A stretch of DNA of 63,441 nt, filler included, from Thermodesulfobacteriota bacterium (GCA_036381125.1; 5 parts of 5 records of this genome joined end to end with filler, not necessarily neighbours in it), one strand, 5' to 3'. Numbered from the whole stretch's first letter, positions 18,501 through 28,237 are shown. The notes: a model not told the origin generated them from the letters alone. Translations and numbers: made by a program.

Positions 18501-18787
18501 TCGACGAACTCACCGGCGTCGGGAAGGGCATGACGGAAGTCGTGGAGCAGCTTTCTGAGATTGGTCCGCGCCTGATGCTCGTCGGAGTCTGGCCAGAGCT
18601 CGAACGCGAGTCGCGAGCGGTGCTGCAGGTCTCTGCGCAACGCGATCAACGCCAGAAACCGATGCAAGCGAAGAGCGTCGAAGGCGCGAAGACGCCGGCC
18701 GTCCAGGATGATCTCGACTCCACCGAGAAGTCGGACCTCCAACCGGGCTGGAGGTTCGCCGCCGCTCCCGCTCGCGTCACTCGGCAT
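15569..18787 (-). CDS. SARP/BTAD + AAA ATPase + TPR transcriptional regulator (start may be upstream)
   Basis: VRLLGG wHTH start, BTAD (LYSGDFLP), FVGR..EL, GEPGIGKT, IIDDLQW, GNPLFVIE. Confidence 0.9.
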   Translation of the reverse strand: MPSDASGSGGEPPARLEVRLLGGVEIILDGRRLRAFDALRLHRFLALIALRRDLQHRSRLAFELWPDSDEHQARTNLRKLLHDFRHALPDAGEFVEIDDDIVRWIPTGPADVDVLRFRDALAAGDVDRAARLYSGDFLPACYDAWVLDARTKLRAEAYGAFTRLAREAAGRGDHEAAIRYAQRTIDLEPADEAAVRVQMEAHLALGNRAAALRAYHRFAEVLERELAAAPGEAIVAVYERLRAGSLGHDDVQGDVQGEDPAPLAESPFVGRGLELNQLAEAWNTVRKRGAHLVLVTGEPGIGKTRLAHELGRRVRAEGHVVASARAYEAAGRLPWGPVVDLLRSKALRSHIDTLDTAWRTELARLLPELLDASPPSGRSRTGDLAQRQRLFDAVSRAIVVADRPRLLIIDDLQWCDAETIELIGFVVRSERTAPVLFVCTVRSEELPEQHPLGKLIDALGHDRAVSIVPLDPLDEATTAMLAARIRSTDTIDPEPAARLWGETRGNPLFVIEVLRAGISSDRSQAVLTPTMRAVLHARLSRLPEGARRLAEVAAVIGRPFSVGLMASATGLGEHELVDHVDELWRRRIIRDQRLTYDFSHDKLRAVALEMVSPARRRRLHRAVAEAIAIEFHHDIDAAAPQLAAHYDQAGMVEPAIDAYRVAGARAVAVSALDEAVTMFRRALSLLAEVPTSADRDALELDIRIALGSPLVALEGYGSKGAHHLYERALSLCRKLNRPVDPPILRGLGLARLQGCRFDDCRELGQALLDHESHDPIAGTEGRYLLGVSAFWRGDLAMARHYLAGAIDAYDVSHRDQHLALYAQDPKAVCLVRLAWVELWSGDAGRAGEAARSALELAVDLDHLMTLWYVVTYAAIIAAESEDLARLAELVGHAERLWERLPMPYLMIVAEALRGWLDVCEGSPGGIEKILRSVERSRTDDETLHLTYTLLLLARARAMAGECHQGRAAAREGLSWSHGHNQRYLEAELWRVDGELAHRGGETEAAAASLRRAVETAGAQGAEWLGLRALHSLASRFPDRTVREQLGRLVETIPSGHDLPAFRAATRLLNESR

Positions 18788-19326
18788 ATGGCCGCTCTGG
18801 TTCTCGTTCAGGACTCGATCATGGTCGGCGCCCGGCCGGCCCGGCCGAGGCCGATTCGGCGCGGATGGTGTCCGTCGTCTCGGGCGTTGGGCGTCCCGTA
18901 GCTCCCGGTGCCCGATCGTCTCCACTGGTCAGCGTACCTCGCCCGGTGCTGGCCGGGCCCTGAAGGAGACCTCCTCGCAGCTCGCCGCCAGAGGCTCCGC
19001 GTTATCGATCATTCGACGGAGCGAGCCCACGAGCGTCGGCGGCGCGGAGCCTGCGCGGTCGGACACACTGCGGGCACGGGACTCGCGACACGGACGGGCA
19101 CGCGGAAGACGATGACCCGACTGCGCAGGAACGAGGGAACGGCGGTCGGGCCGCCGTGATAACGAGGGATTGCTCTGTCCGGGCGCACCCGAGATACGTT
19201 CCTGGAGCCTCGTTGCAGGCGGCAGACTTCCGGGTCGACCCGGGGTATCATCGCGGTTGCGGTCGGGCAGGAGATGCCGAGCCGTTGCTCGCCTCGCACT
19301 CGGCCAGGACGGTGAAGAAGATCAAG

Positions 19327-21063
19327 ATGGCGAAGAAGACGGATCACGGCCTCACACCGCCCGCGTCCGTGCAGACCGAGGCCCAGACTCCCGGCGCAGC
19401 CGCGCAACGTCCCGTGGACGACCGACCGCCGGCGGCCGGCTTCCGGCAGTCGCCCGCTCGAACCTCGGTGGAGGTGCGCCCCGACGAGGGCTGGTTCCGG
19501 CTCCTCGTCGAGCGGATACGGGACTACGCCATCTTCCTGCTCGACCCCGAGGGGCGGGTCGCCACCTGGAACGCCGGGGCCGAGCGGATCAAGGGCTATC
19601 GGGCCGACGAGATCATCGGTCGCCACTTCTCGTGCCTCTACCTGCCCGACGACGTCGAGGCCGGCAAGCCGGGGGCCATGCTGGAGGCGGCAGCCCGCGA
19701 CGGGCGGGTGGAGGACGAGGGCTGGCGGCTGCGCAAGGACGGGTCCGTCTTCTGGGCCAGCGTGGTCATCACGCCGCTGCGCGATCAGGACGGCCGGCTC
19801 CTCGGCTTCGGCAAGGTCACCCGCGACCTGACCGAGCGCCGGAGGAAGGAGGCCGAGGTCCGGGCCGCCAACGTCGAGCTCGCCCGGCGGGCCGACGATC
19901 TGACGGCGGCCAATCGGCAGCTCGAGACCTTGAGCCTGCTCGTCTCGAGCGTCGTCGACTACGCGATCTTCGTCCTCGACCCGGCCGGTCGAGTCGTCAC
20001 CTGGAACATCGGGGCCGAGCGGATCAAGGGCTACCGGGCCGACGAGATCATCGGCCGGCACTTCTCCCGCTTCTACCCGCCGGAGGACGTCGAGGCGGGC
20101 AAGCCGGCGATGGAGCTGCGCGAGGCGTCCGCGCACGGCAGCTTCGAGGACGAGGGGTGGCGCGTCCGCAAGGACGGCAGCCGCTTCTGGGCCAACGTCG
20201 TGATCACCGCCCTGCGCGACGCCGAGGGGCGCCCCGTCGGGTTCGCCAAGGTCACCCGTGACCTCACGGAGCGCAAGCAGGCCGAGGAGCATCGCATCCA
20301 GCTCGCCATCGAGCGGAAGGCCCGCTCGGAAGCCGAGGCGGCCGTGCAGATGCGCGACGAGTTCCTCTCGATCGCCTCGCACGAGCTGAAGACGCCGCTG
20401 ACCCCCCTGCTGCTCCAGATGCAGATCCTCCTGCGGGGCCTGCGGGCGGAGGGGCTCGCGAGCTACTCACCCGAGCGGCTCGTCTCGATCATCGAGAGCG
20501 CCGAACGGCAGGCCCGCCGGTTCGCCGCGCTCGTCGAGCAGCTCCTCGAGGTCTCCCGCATCGCGGCCGGGCGGCTGGAGCTCGAGCCGGAGGAGGTGGA
20601 CCTCGCCGAGGTCGCGCGAAGCGTCGCCCTCCGCTTCGACGCCGAGATCGCCCGCTCAGGCTCGCCGTTCACGCTCGCGCTCGACGGCCCGGTGATCGGT
20701 CGCTGGGACCGCCTACGGCTCGAGCAGGTGATCGTCAACCTCCTCTCGAACGCGATCAAGTACGGCGCCGGCCAGCCGATCGAGCTGCGCGTCGACCGGC
20801 AGGACGAGACGGCGCGGCTCGTCGTGCGGGACCGGGGAATCGGGATCGACCCCGCGGACCAGGAGCGGATCTTCAGGCGCTTCGAGCGGGCCGCTCCCTC
20901 CCGGGCCTACGCGGGGCTCGGGATGGGCCTCTACGTCGTCCGGCAGATCGTCGAGGCCCACGGGGGATCGGTGCGCGTCGCGAGCGCGCCCGGCGCCGGC
21001 ACGGCCTTCACGGTGGAGCTACCCCGAGACGGAGCCGAGCCGGCGGCGGCCGTCGCATCCTGA
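19327..21063 (+). CDS. PAS-PAS sensor histidine kinase (start uncertain)
   Basis: Two DYAIF..WN.GAERIKGY PAS repeats, ASHELKTPL H-box, NLLSNAIKY, GLGMGLY. Confidence 0.93.
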   Translation: MAKKTDHGLTPPASVQTEAQTPGAAAQRPVDDRPPAAGFRQSPARTSVEVRPDEGWFRLLVERIRDYAIFLLDPEGRVATWNAGAERIKGYRADEIIGRHFSCLYLPDDVEAGKPGAMLEAAARDGRVEDEGWRLRKDGSVFWASVVITPLRDQDGRLLGFGKVTRDLTERRRKEAEVRAANVELARRADDLTAANRQLETLSLLVSSVVDYAIFVLDPAGRVVTWNIGAERIKGYRADEIIGRHFSRFYPPEDVEAGKPAMELREASAHGSFEDEGWRVRKDGSRFWANVVITALRDAEGRPVGFAKVTRDLTERKQAEEHRIQLAIERKARSEAEAAVQMRDEFLSIASHELKTPLTPLLLQMQILLRGLRAEGLASYSPERLVSIIESAERQARRFAALVEQLLEVSRIAAGRLELEPEEVDLAEVARSVALRFDAEIARSGSPFTLALDGPVIGRWDRLRLEQVIVNLLSNAIKYGAGQPIELRVDRQDETARLVVRDRGIGIDPADQERIFRRFERAAPSRAYAGLGMGLYVVRQIVEAHGGSVRVASAPGAGTAFTVELPRDGAEPAAAVAS

Positions 21064-21072
21064 GGAAACAAC

Positions 21073-21447
21073 ATGGCATCGGCCCACCACGCCGGCCGGA
21101 GCGTTCTCGTCGTCGAGGACGATCCCGACATCCAGCAGACGCTGGCCTTCGCGCTCCAGATGGCCGGCTACACGGTCACCCTGGCCGGCGACGGCGCCGA
21201 GGCGATGCGCCACATGCGCTCGGCCCTCCCCTGCCTGGTCCTCCTCGACCTCGTGATGCCGGTGATGGACGGCTGGCAGTTCCGGGCCGCGCAGCAACAG
21301 GACCCGACCCTGGCCGCCGTTCCCGTCGTCGTCCTCTCGGCCGACGGCCGGGTCCGCCAGAAGGCCACCACGCTCGGCGTCGCCGGCTACCTCGAGAAGC
21401 CGATCGACCTCGACGCGCTCCTCGCCGCCGTCCGGCGCCACTGCTAG
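21073..21447 (+). CDS. Single-domain response regulator
   Basis: VLVVEDD, LLDLVMPVMDG, EKPID. Confidence 0.92.
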   Translation: MASAHHAGRSVLVVEDDPDIQQTLAFALQMAGYTVTLAGDGAEAMRHMRSALPCLVLLDLVMPVMDGWQFRAAQQQDPTLAAVPVVVLSADGRVRQKATTLGVAGYLEKPIDLDALLAAVRRHC

Positions 21448-21449
21448 CG

Positions 21450-22500
21450 ACCGCGATCGGGCCCGCCTGGTGCAGGGCTCTGCCGGGCCTGCGAGGCGCG
21501 CCCGGCACGGGCCGCCCGCGGCCAACGGACCCATCGCTCCGATCCCCTACCCGGACGATCACGTCCTCGCGGTGCCGGCCCCCACGGACGAGCGCACGGC
21601 GCCGGCGGCGGACGTCCTCCGCGCCCACGGCGGCCGCTTCGTCGACTTCTTCATCTCCCTGATGTTCTCGTTGCACGTCGGCATGCCGTTCCTCCTGCGC
21701 GGGTGACGCCTGCGCTTCTGCACGAGCGGCCGCGGCCGCCTGATGTGCTGCGTGGTCGTCGTCGATCACGGTGCCGAGGCGCCCGCGTCGCGCTCGCCCT
21801 GGAGGCCCCGGCACGCGAAGCAGGCGGTGCCCGGCTCGCCCGGTCCGCCGCCGACCGCGATGAGCTGGCCTCTCGACAGCCACCCGCCGAGCCCGCCTCC
21901 ACCCGTTGGCGGCACGAGGTCGAGCGTCGCTCTGCGCGGACGCCGGCTCGGCACCTGCCGACCCTTCGGGCGGCGGCCGGGGAGCCGTCGTCCGATCGCT
22001 GCGTCGCGCCGGCGGTCGGAATCATCGGGGATCGGGCTCACATCCTCTCGTGCACGGCGCTCGTCCCTGATCTCGGCAGCCTTCCGACCGTCGTGCTGGC
22101 GCTCGACGCGCTCGCCATGGCGGTTCCCGGCATCGCCGAGGCGCTGGCCACGGCCGCCATGCCGGGGGTCGACGTGAGGGCCATGGTGCGCGCGCCCCTC
22201 GGGGAACCGGCTGCCCGACCGGGGGGCGGACTTCGAGTCGGTTCGGGGACTCGGTGGCCAGGCCCTTCGCCCCGTGCTGTGAGGCGCGAGCGCAGGGGAC
22301 TGTCCCGGCCCGGATGCGAGGGCAGCCGACGTTACCGGGACACGGCAGGAGTCGTGCGTGGCCTGGTCGCCCTGCCGCAGCCGAGGCAGGAGAACTCGAG
22401 GCACCTGGCGACGGCGGCGGATCGCTGCGCGTCAATCAAGCCGTGCCGCCGAAGACGCTCGGGACCGTGCGGGGCGCGCCAGGGGGCTGCCCTCCTCCTC
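21450..22500 (+). pseudogene. Degenerate gene fragments (incl. membrane-protein remnants)
   Basis: Short protein-like stretches (YPDDHVLAV...VLRAHGGRFVDFF; LPTVVLALDALAMAVPGIAEALA) without coherent starts or full ORFs. Confidence 0.35.
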
Positions 22501-22565
22501 GACCCCCTGGCCGGGTTCGTCGCCCGCAGTCGCACCGGTCGATGGCGCACGAGGGAGACCGAGCC

Positions 22566-23525
22566 ATGCGCAGGCAGGTGGAGTCGATCCGAACGGCCGG
22601 TGCGGGCGGGGCCTGGCCTGCCCTCCCCCTCGCGGCCTGGCGCGACACCTACGAGACGTTGCGCCGCTGGGCCCAGCTCGTCGGCAAGACGCGGCTCGCC
22701 CTGGCGCCCCGCGAGAACCACTGGTGGCACACCGCGCTCTACCCGACCGCGCGCGGCCTCACGACGTCGCCCATGCCATACGGCAACCGGACGCTCGAGG
22801 TCGACTTCGACTTCGTGGACCACAACCTGATCATCCGGACCGGCGACGGCGCGACCCGCGCGCTCGCGCTGGCTCCGCGCTCGGTGGCGGACTTCTACCG
22901 CGAGTACGTGAGCATCCTCGACTCCCTCGGGCTCCACGTCCCGCTCTGGCCCGTCCCGGTGGAGATCGACGACGCGACCCCGCTCGACACGGACCGGGTT
23001 CACGCGTCGTACGACGCCGACGCCGCACACCGGTTCTGGCTCGCGCTGGCGCAGGCCACCCGCGTGCTGCGGGAGTTCCGTGGCCGGTTCCTCGGCAAGT
23101 CCAGCCCGGTGCACTTCTTCTGGGGCAGCTTCGACCTGGCCTGCACCCGCTTCTCGGGCCGCCGGGCGCCGACGCACCCGGGCGGCGTCCCGAACCTCGC
23201 CGACCGCGTGACGCGCGAGGCGTACTCGCACGAGTGCACGAGCGCGGGGTGGTGGCCGGGAGGCGGGCCGGTGCAGGAGCCCGCGTTCTACGCGTACGCC
23301 TACCCCGAGCCGGGGGGCTTCGCCGACGCGCCGGTGCGCCCGGCGGCGGCGAGCTACCACGCGGGGCTGCGCGAGTTCGTCCTGCCGTACGACGCGGTGC
23401 GCACCGCCGATCGGCCGGAGGAGGCGGCGCTCGACTTCTTTCAGAGTACCTACGAGGCGGCCGCGGACCTCGCGGGCTGGGACCGCGCCGCGCTCGAGCC
23501 GCCCGACGCGCGAGCGAGCGCCTAG
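22566..23525 (+). CDS. DUF5996 family protein
   Basis: QLVGKTRLAL..NHWWH, RFLGKSSPVHFFWGSFDLACTRFSG, FYAYAYPEP; SD GAGGGAG. Confidence 0.85.
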   Translation: MRRQVESIRTAGAGGAWPALPLAAWRDTYETLRRWAQLVGKTRLALAPRENHWWHTALYPTARGLTTSPMPYGNRTLEVDFDFVDHNLIIRTGDGATRALALAPRSVADFYREYVSILDSLGLHVPLWPVPVEIDDATPLDTDRVHASYDADAAHRFWLALAQATRVLREFRGRFLGKSSPVHFFWGSFDLACTRFSGRRAPTHPGGVPNLADRVTREAYSHECTSAGWWPGGGPVQEPAFYAYAYPEPGGFADAPVRPAAASYHAGLREFVLPYDAVRTADRPEEAALDFFQSTYEAAADLAGWDRAALEPPDARASA

Positions 23526-23534
23526 GAGGCCACG

Positions 23535-23852
23535 ATGACGACCAGATGCACGCACCTCGACCACGTCCGCGCCGTCGGTCCCCGTACCCCCGAGGGGTGC
23601 GAGGAGTGCCTGGCGACCGGCGGCCGGTGGGTGCACCTCAGGCTCTGCCTCGAGTGCGGACACGTGGGGTGCTGCGACCAGTCGCCGGGCAGGCACGCGA
23701 CGGCGCACTTCCACCGGGACGGGCATCCGGTCATGCGGAGCTTCGAGCCGGGCGAGGACTGGGGTTGGTGCTATGTCGACGGGCTCTTCATCGAGCCGGC
23801 GCCGCGCGCTCGGCAACCGCGGCCCGACGAGCGGCGCAGCCGGGCGCGGTAG
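23535..23852 (+). CDS. UBP-type zinc finger protein
   Basis: CTH, CEEC, WVHLRLCLECGHVGCCD, HATAH, WGWCYVD. Confidence 0.9.
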   Translation: MTTRCTHLDHVRAVGPRTPEGCEECLATGGRWVHLRLCLECGHVGCCDQSPGRHATAHFHRDGHPVMRSFEPGEDWGWCYVDGLFIEPAPRARQPRPDERRSRAR

Positions 23853-23965
23853 AGGGGCCAGGAAGACGGGTGACGTGCGCGAGGGGGGCATGGGGCACAA
23901 GGGAGTCGACCGCTACGTGACGGGACTCGAGCCGATCGAGGGGCTCCCGCTCGACCCGAGCTGAG

Positions 23966-25828
23966 ATGGCTGCCAGGCGACCGGTCAAGCTCGACCCCCC
24001 GGTAGACCTCGCCCGCGACCACGTCCTCGGCAACCCGGGCGCCGAGATCACCCTGGTCGAGTACGGCAGCTACGCGTGCCCCTTCTGCCATGCCGCCCAC
24101 GACGTCATCGCCGCGCTGCGGGACCGGTTCGGGGACCGGATGCGGTACGTCTTCCGTCACCTGCCGATCCCCGAAAGCCCGTATGCCGTGCCAGCGGCCG
24201 AGCTTGCCGAGTACGCGGCCGATACGCGGGGGACGTTCTGGGAGGTGCACGACGCCCTGATGAAGCGGGGGCCGGACTTCGCTCCGGGCGACCTCGAGGA
24301 GATCGCGTCGGCGTTCGACCTGCCGCCGCCCGGCGACGGAGACGGGGCCGCGTTGGCGGCCGCGTCCTCGAGAGTCCGGGAGGACACCGAGAGCGCGCGG
24401 CGGAGCGGCGCGCTCGTCACGCCGACCTTCTACATCAACGACCGGCGCTACGAGGGCGCCTGGGACGAGAGCTCGCTGGCCGAGGCGATGCTCGGCTCGC
24501 TCGGCCACCGGCTGCACACCGCGACGCTGGACTTCGTCCGGTGGGGGCCGTCCGCGGGGCTCCTCCTCCTGCTGATGACGCTGCTCGCGGTCGTGCTGAC
24601 GAACTCGCCGGTCGGCGCGGCGTTCGAGGCGTGGTGGCACGAGCCGTTCGGGTTCCTGTTCGGCGGCGGCGGTTACACGCTGCCGGTCGTCGACTGGGTG
24701 AACCACGGGCTCCTGACCGTCTTCTTCCTCGTGGTGGGGCTCGAGATCAAGCGGGAGTTCACCGTGGGGCGCCTCGCGACGCGGCGCGCAGCGGCGCTGC
24801 CGATCGCCGCGTCGCTCGGGGGCATCGTCGCACCGGCGCTGCTCTACCTCCTCGTGGTCCCGCCGGGCCCGCTCGTCCACGGCTGGGGCGCGACCATCTC
24901 GACGGACACCGCCTTCGCCGTCGCGCTCATCGCCATGCTCGGCGCCCGGGTCCCGGTGGACCTGCGGGTCTTCCTCACCGCCGCGGTCATCGTCGACGAC
25001 CTGGTTGCCATCGCCGTCGTGGCGGTGGCGTACTCCGGCGCGCTCGACATGGGCTACCTGGCGGCGTCCGTTGCCGTCATCGGATCCATGGCAGCCCTCA
25101 ACCGTGGAGGGATCCACAGGCCCCTTCCCTACGCGGGCCTGGGTCTCCTCCTCTGGATCTGCCTGCACGCGGCGGGGCTGCACGCCACGCTGGCCGGCGT
25201 GGTCCTCGCGGCGGCGACGCCGACCCGTCCCCCGCCGAACCTCCGCGCCCTGCTGGACCAGGCGCGGACGGTCGTGGAGGCGTCGACGAGCCGCGGCGGG
25301 GACGCCGTGATGCGGCACGGGCTCTCGCGGCCGGCACTGGAGGCGCTGGACGCGATCCACGATCGGATCGAGTCGCCCGCGGACAAGCTCCTCCGGTCGC
25401 TGGAGCCCTGGTCGAGCTACGCCGTCCTGCCGGTCTTCGCCCTCGCCAACGCCGGGGTCGCCTGGTCGTCGGACATCGTCGAGGGGCACGGCCGGCTGAC
25501 GCTGGCCGTCATCCTGGGGCTCGTCCTCGGCAAGCCGCTCGGGATCCTGCTGGGCGCCCGGCTGGCCGTACGCCTGGGGGTGGCCGAGAAGCCGGAGGCG
25601 TATACCTGGCGGCAACTGGCCGGCGCCGGCGCGCTCGGCGGGATCGGGTTCACGATGTCCCTCTTCATCGCCGGGCAGGCCTTCGCCTCCTCGGCCGACT
25701 TCACCGCCACCAAGATCGCCATCTTCGCCGCGTCGCTGATCGCCGGCGTCCTGGGGACGCTGATCCTGTGGCGGCCGGTCGAGATCGGTTCGCCGGCGGC
25801 CGAGGACACGCCGGCGCCGCGGCGGTAG
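23966..25828 (+). CDS. nhaA: Na+/H+ antiporter NhaA with N-terminal DsbA/thioredoxin domain
   Basis: [10 protein letters not shown] and TPTFYIN; NhaA motifs [34 protein letters not shown]. Confidence 0.92.
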   Translation: MAARRPVKLDPPVDLARDHVLGNPGAEITLVEYGSYACPFCHAAHDVIAALRDRFGDRMRYVFRHLPIPESPYAVPAAELAEYAADTRGTFWEVHDALMKRGPDFAPGDLEEIASAFDLPPPGDGDGAALAAASSRVREDTESARRSGALVTPTFYINDRRYEGAWDESSLAEAMLGSLGHRLHTATLDFVRWGPSAGLLLLLMTLLAVVLTNSPVGAAFEAWWHEPFGFLFGGGGYTLPVVDWVNHGLLTVFFLVVGLEIKREFTVGRLATRRAAALPIAASLGGIVAPALLYLLVVPPGPLVHGWGATISTDTAFAVALIAMLGARVPVDLRVFLTAAVIVDDLVAIAVVAVAYSGALDMGYLAASVAVIGSMAALNRGGIHRPLPYAGLGLLLWICLHAAGLHATLAGVVLAAATPTRPPPNLRALLDQARTVVEASTSRGGDAVMRHGLSRPALEALDAIHDRIESPADKLLRSLEPWSSYAVLPVFALANAGVAWSSDIVEGHGRLTLAVILGLVLGKPLGILLGARLAVRLGVAEKPEAYTWRQLAGAGALGGIGFTMSLFIAGQAFASSADFTATKIAIFAASLIAGVLGTLILWRPVEIGSPAAEDTPAPRR

Positions 25829-25850
25829 GCTACTGGGCTGGGAGGGCACG

Positions 25851-27212
25851 ATGCGGCAAGCCGTTCCCCGGGTCTTCATCGTCGGCGCAGGCTTTGGCGG
25901 CCTCGAGGCGGCCAAGGCGCTGGCCGACGCGCCGGTCGAGGTCGTCGTCGTCGACCGCCGCAACCACCACGTGTTCCAGCCGCTCCTCTACCAGGTGGCC
26001 ACGGCGGCCCTGTCGCCGGCCGACATCAGCGCGCCGATCCGGGCGATCCTGCGCGACCAGGCGAACTGTCAGGTGGTGCTGGCCGAGGTCACGGGTGTCG
26101 ACGTGGCCGGCCGTCGCCTCGTGGTGGCCGGCGGCCACATCGGGTACGACTACCTCATCCTCGCCGCCGGCGCGACGCACGCGTACTTCGGGCACGACGA
26201 CTGGGCGCCGATCGCGCCGGGGCTCAAGACCCTCGAGGACGCGACCGAGCTGCGCCGGCGGATTCTGCTCGCCTTCGAGTCGGCCGAGTACGAGGGGAGC
26301 GAGGAGGCCCGCCGGTCGGTGCTGACGTTCGGCATCGTCGGCGCGGGACCGACCGGCGTCGAGCTCGCCGGCGCGATCAAGGAGATCGCGGGACACACGA
26401 TCCCCGGGGACTATCGCCACATCGACACGCGGGCGACCCGCGTGATCCTCTTCGAGGGGAGCGATCGGGTGCTGCCGACGTTCGCGCCGGAACTCTCCGC
26501 GCGCGCGCAGCGCGACCTCGAGCGCATGGGCGTGGAGGTCCGCCTCAACTCCATGGTGACCAGGGTCACGCGCGAGGGGATTCACGTCGGCAGCGAGTTC
26601 ATCCCCGTGCGCAACGTCTTCTGGGCGGCGGGCGTGAAGGCGAACCCCCTCGGGAAGTCGCTCGGGGTCCCGCTCGATCGAGCGGGTCGGGTGATCGTCG
26701 GCCCCGACCTGACGATCCCCGGCCACCCCGAGGTCTTCGTCGTCGGCGACATGGCGGCGGCCAAGTCGGCCGACACCGGCAGGCCGGTGCCCGGCATGGC
26801 GCCGGGCGCCATCCAGATGGGCCGTTACGCGGGCGAGACGATCGCGCGCGAGGCGAGCGGGCGATCCACGGTCGCCGACCGCCGCCCCTTCGTCTTCCAC
26901 GACAAGGGCTCCATGGCGGTCATCGGCAAGGCCAAGGCCGTCGCGCAGATCGGCCGGTTCCGGCTCGGAGGCTTCGTCGCCTGGCTCCTCTGGGGCGGGG
27001 TGCACATCACCTACCTCGTCGGCTTCCGCAATCGCGTGATGGTCCTCCTGAGCTGGTTCTGGAACTGGCTCCTGAACGCGCGGGACGCCCGCCTGATCAC
27101 CGGCGACGCGCAGCTCGACATCCGGATCCCGCGGTCGGACGAGTTCGTCCCCGGCAGCGCCCGGCGCGCCGCGCCGCGGCGCGCCGGCGGCGCGCGCCCG
27201 CAACCCGACTGA
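25851..27212 (+). CDS. ndh: Type II NADH dehydrogenase
   Basis: GAGFGG, FQPLLYQVAT, GAGPTGVELAG, WAAGV, DKGSMAVIG. Confidence 0.9.
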   Translation: MRQAVPRVFIVGAGFGGLEAAKALADAPVEVVVVDRRNHHVFQPLLYQVATAALSPADISAPIRAILRDQANCQVVLAEVTGVDVAGRRLVVAGGHIGYDYLILAAGATHAYFGHDDWAPIAPGLKTLEDATELRRRILLAFESAEYEGSEEARRSVLTFGIVGAGPTGVELAGAIKEIAGHTIPGDYRHIDTRATRVILFEGSDRVLPTFAPELSARAQRDLERMGVEVRLNSMVTRVTREGIHVGSEFIPVRNVFWAAGVKANPLGKSLGVPLDRAGRVIVGPDLTIPGHPEVFVVGDMAAAKSADTGRPVPGMAPGAIQMGRYAGETIAREASGRSTVADRRPFVFHDKGSMAVIGKAKAVAQIGRFRLGGFVAWLLWGGVHITYLVGFRNRVMVLLSWFWNWLLNARDARLITGDAQLDIRIPRSDEFVPGSARRAAPRRAGGARPQPD

Positions 27213-27219
27213 TCGGCCG

Positions 27220-28023
27220 TCAGCCGATCCGCACGCCGAGCATGGAGACCGAGCCGCCGTCGAAGCCCTCGACCGGGAAGGTCACCGGCTCGCCCGGCTC
27301 GGCCAGGGCAAGGACGTAGAGCAGCGGCAGGTAGTGGTCGGGCGTCGGCACGGCGAGCGCGGCGTCCGCCCCCAACCCTTCGTAGGCCACGACCGTCTCG
27401 TGCTCGCCCGCGCGGATCGCCTCCCGCACGCGCCCCTCGAACCGCACCGCCCAGTCGTACGGGTCGATCGGATGCCGCCCCCACGAGTAGGCGTGGAGGT
27501 TGTGCACCACGTTGCCGGACCCGAGCACGAGCACCCCCTCGTCGCGCAGCGGCCGCAGGCGGCCGGCCAGCGCGTAGTGCTCGTGTGCGGTCAGGGTCTC
27601 GTCGAGGCCGAACTGGACGACCGGGACGGTGGCGTCCGGGAAGAGGTGGACCAGCAGCGACCAGGTCCCGTGGTCGAGCCCCCATCCCCCCCGGTCCAGG
27701 GCGACCGGCGTCGGGGCGAGCAGGTCCCGCACCCGGGCGGCGAGGGCCGGCGACCCTGGCGCCGGGTACTGCACCTCGTACAGGGCGCGCGGGAAGCCGC
27801 CGAAGTCGTGGATCGTGCGCGGCCGCTCCTCGGCGGTGACGCGGCTGCCCGGGACGTACCAGTGAGCCGAGACGGCCAGGATGGCGCGCGGGCGTGGCAG
27901 GTCTGCGGCGATCCGCGCCCACGCCTCGGTGCAGGCGTTCCGCTCGAGGGCGTTCAGGGGGGTGCCGTGGCCGAGGAAGAGGGCCGGCATGCGAGCCGCG
28001 CCGCCGTCGGCGCGTGTGGTCAT
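27220..28023 (-). CDS. ygiD: 4,5-DOPA extradiol dioxygenase (LigB family)
   Basis: PALFLGHG.P, VSAHW, GLDHGTW, GSGNVVHNL, PTPDHYLPL. Confidence 0.9.
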   Translation of the reverse strand: MTTRADGGAARMPALFLGHGTPLNALERNACTEAWARIAADLPRPRAILAVSAHWYVPGSRVTAEERPRTIHDFGGFPRALYEVQYPAPGSPALAARVRDLLAPTPVALDRGGWGLDHGTWSLLVHLFPDATVPVVQFGLDETLTAHEHYALAGRLRPLRDEGVLVLGSGNVVHNLHAYSWGRHPIDPYDWAVRFEGRVREAIRAGEHETVVAYEGLGADAALAVPTPDHYLPLLYVLALAEPGEPVTFPVEGFDGGSVSMLGVRIG

Positions 28024-28237
28024 GATGTCACCTCTCCGGTCCCCGGCCCCGCGAGGGCGCCGGACCGTCCCGCCGGCCGGACCCGAAGACTGTAGCTCGG
28101 CGCAGCGTGCGCGGCGCCATCCGGCCGGCGCCGACCTCGCCGAGGTCGCCCCCCAGTCCCGGCAGGGCCTGGATCTGCCCCCAGAGGGCCGGCAGCATGA
28201 CGCGACGCTCTCGGTGCCGTGGACTTCCCCTTTCCGG

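Larger units (their letters stand above)
12647..19150. mobile_element. Probable horizontally acquired island adjacent to tRNA-Thr (right boundary uncertain)
   Basis: Visibly more A/T at third codon positions than flanks, starting right after the tRNA 3' end; no intact integrase or attR seen. Confidence 0.5.

Noticed and set aside
23890-23964. 24-codon [27 protein letters not shown] before nhaA
   Set aside because: Too short to support as a gene or leader peptide without homology or ribosome data
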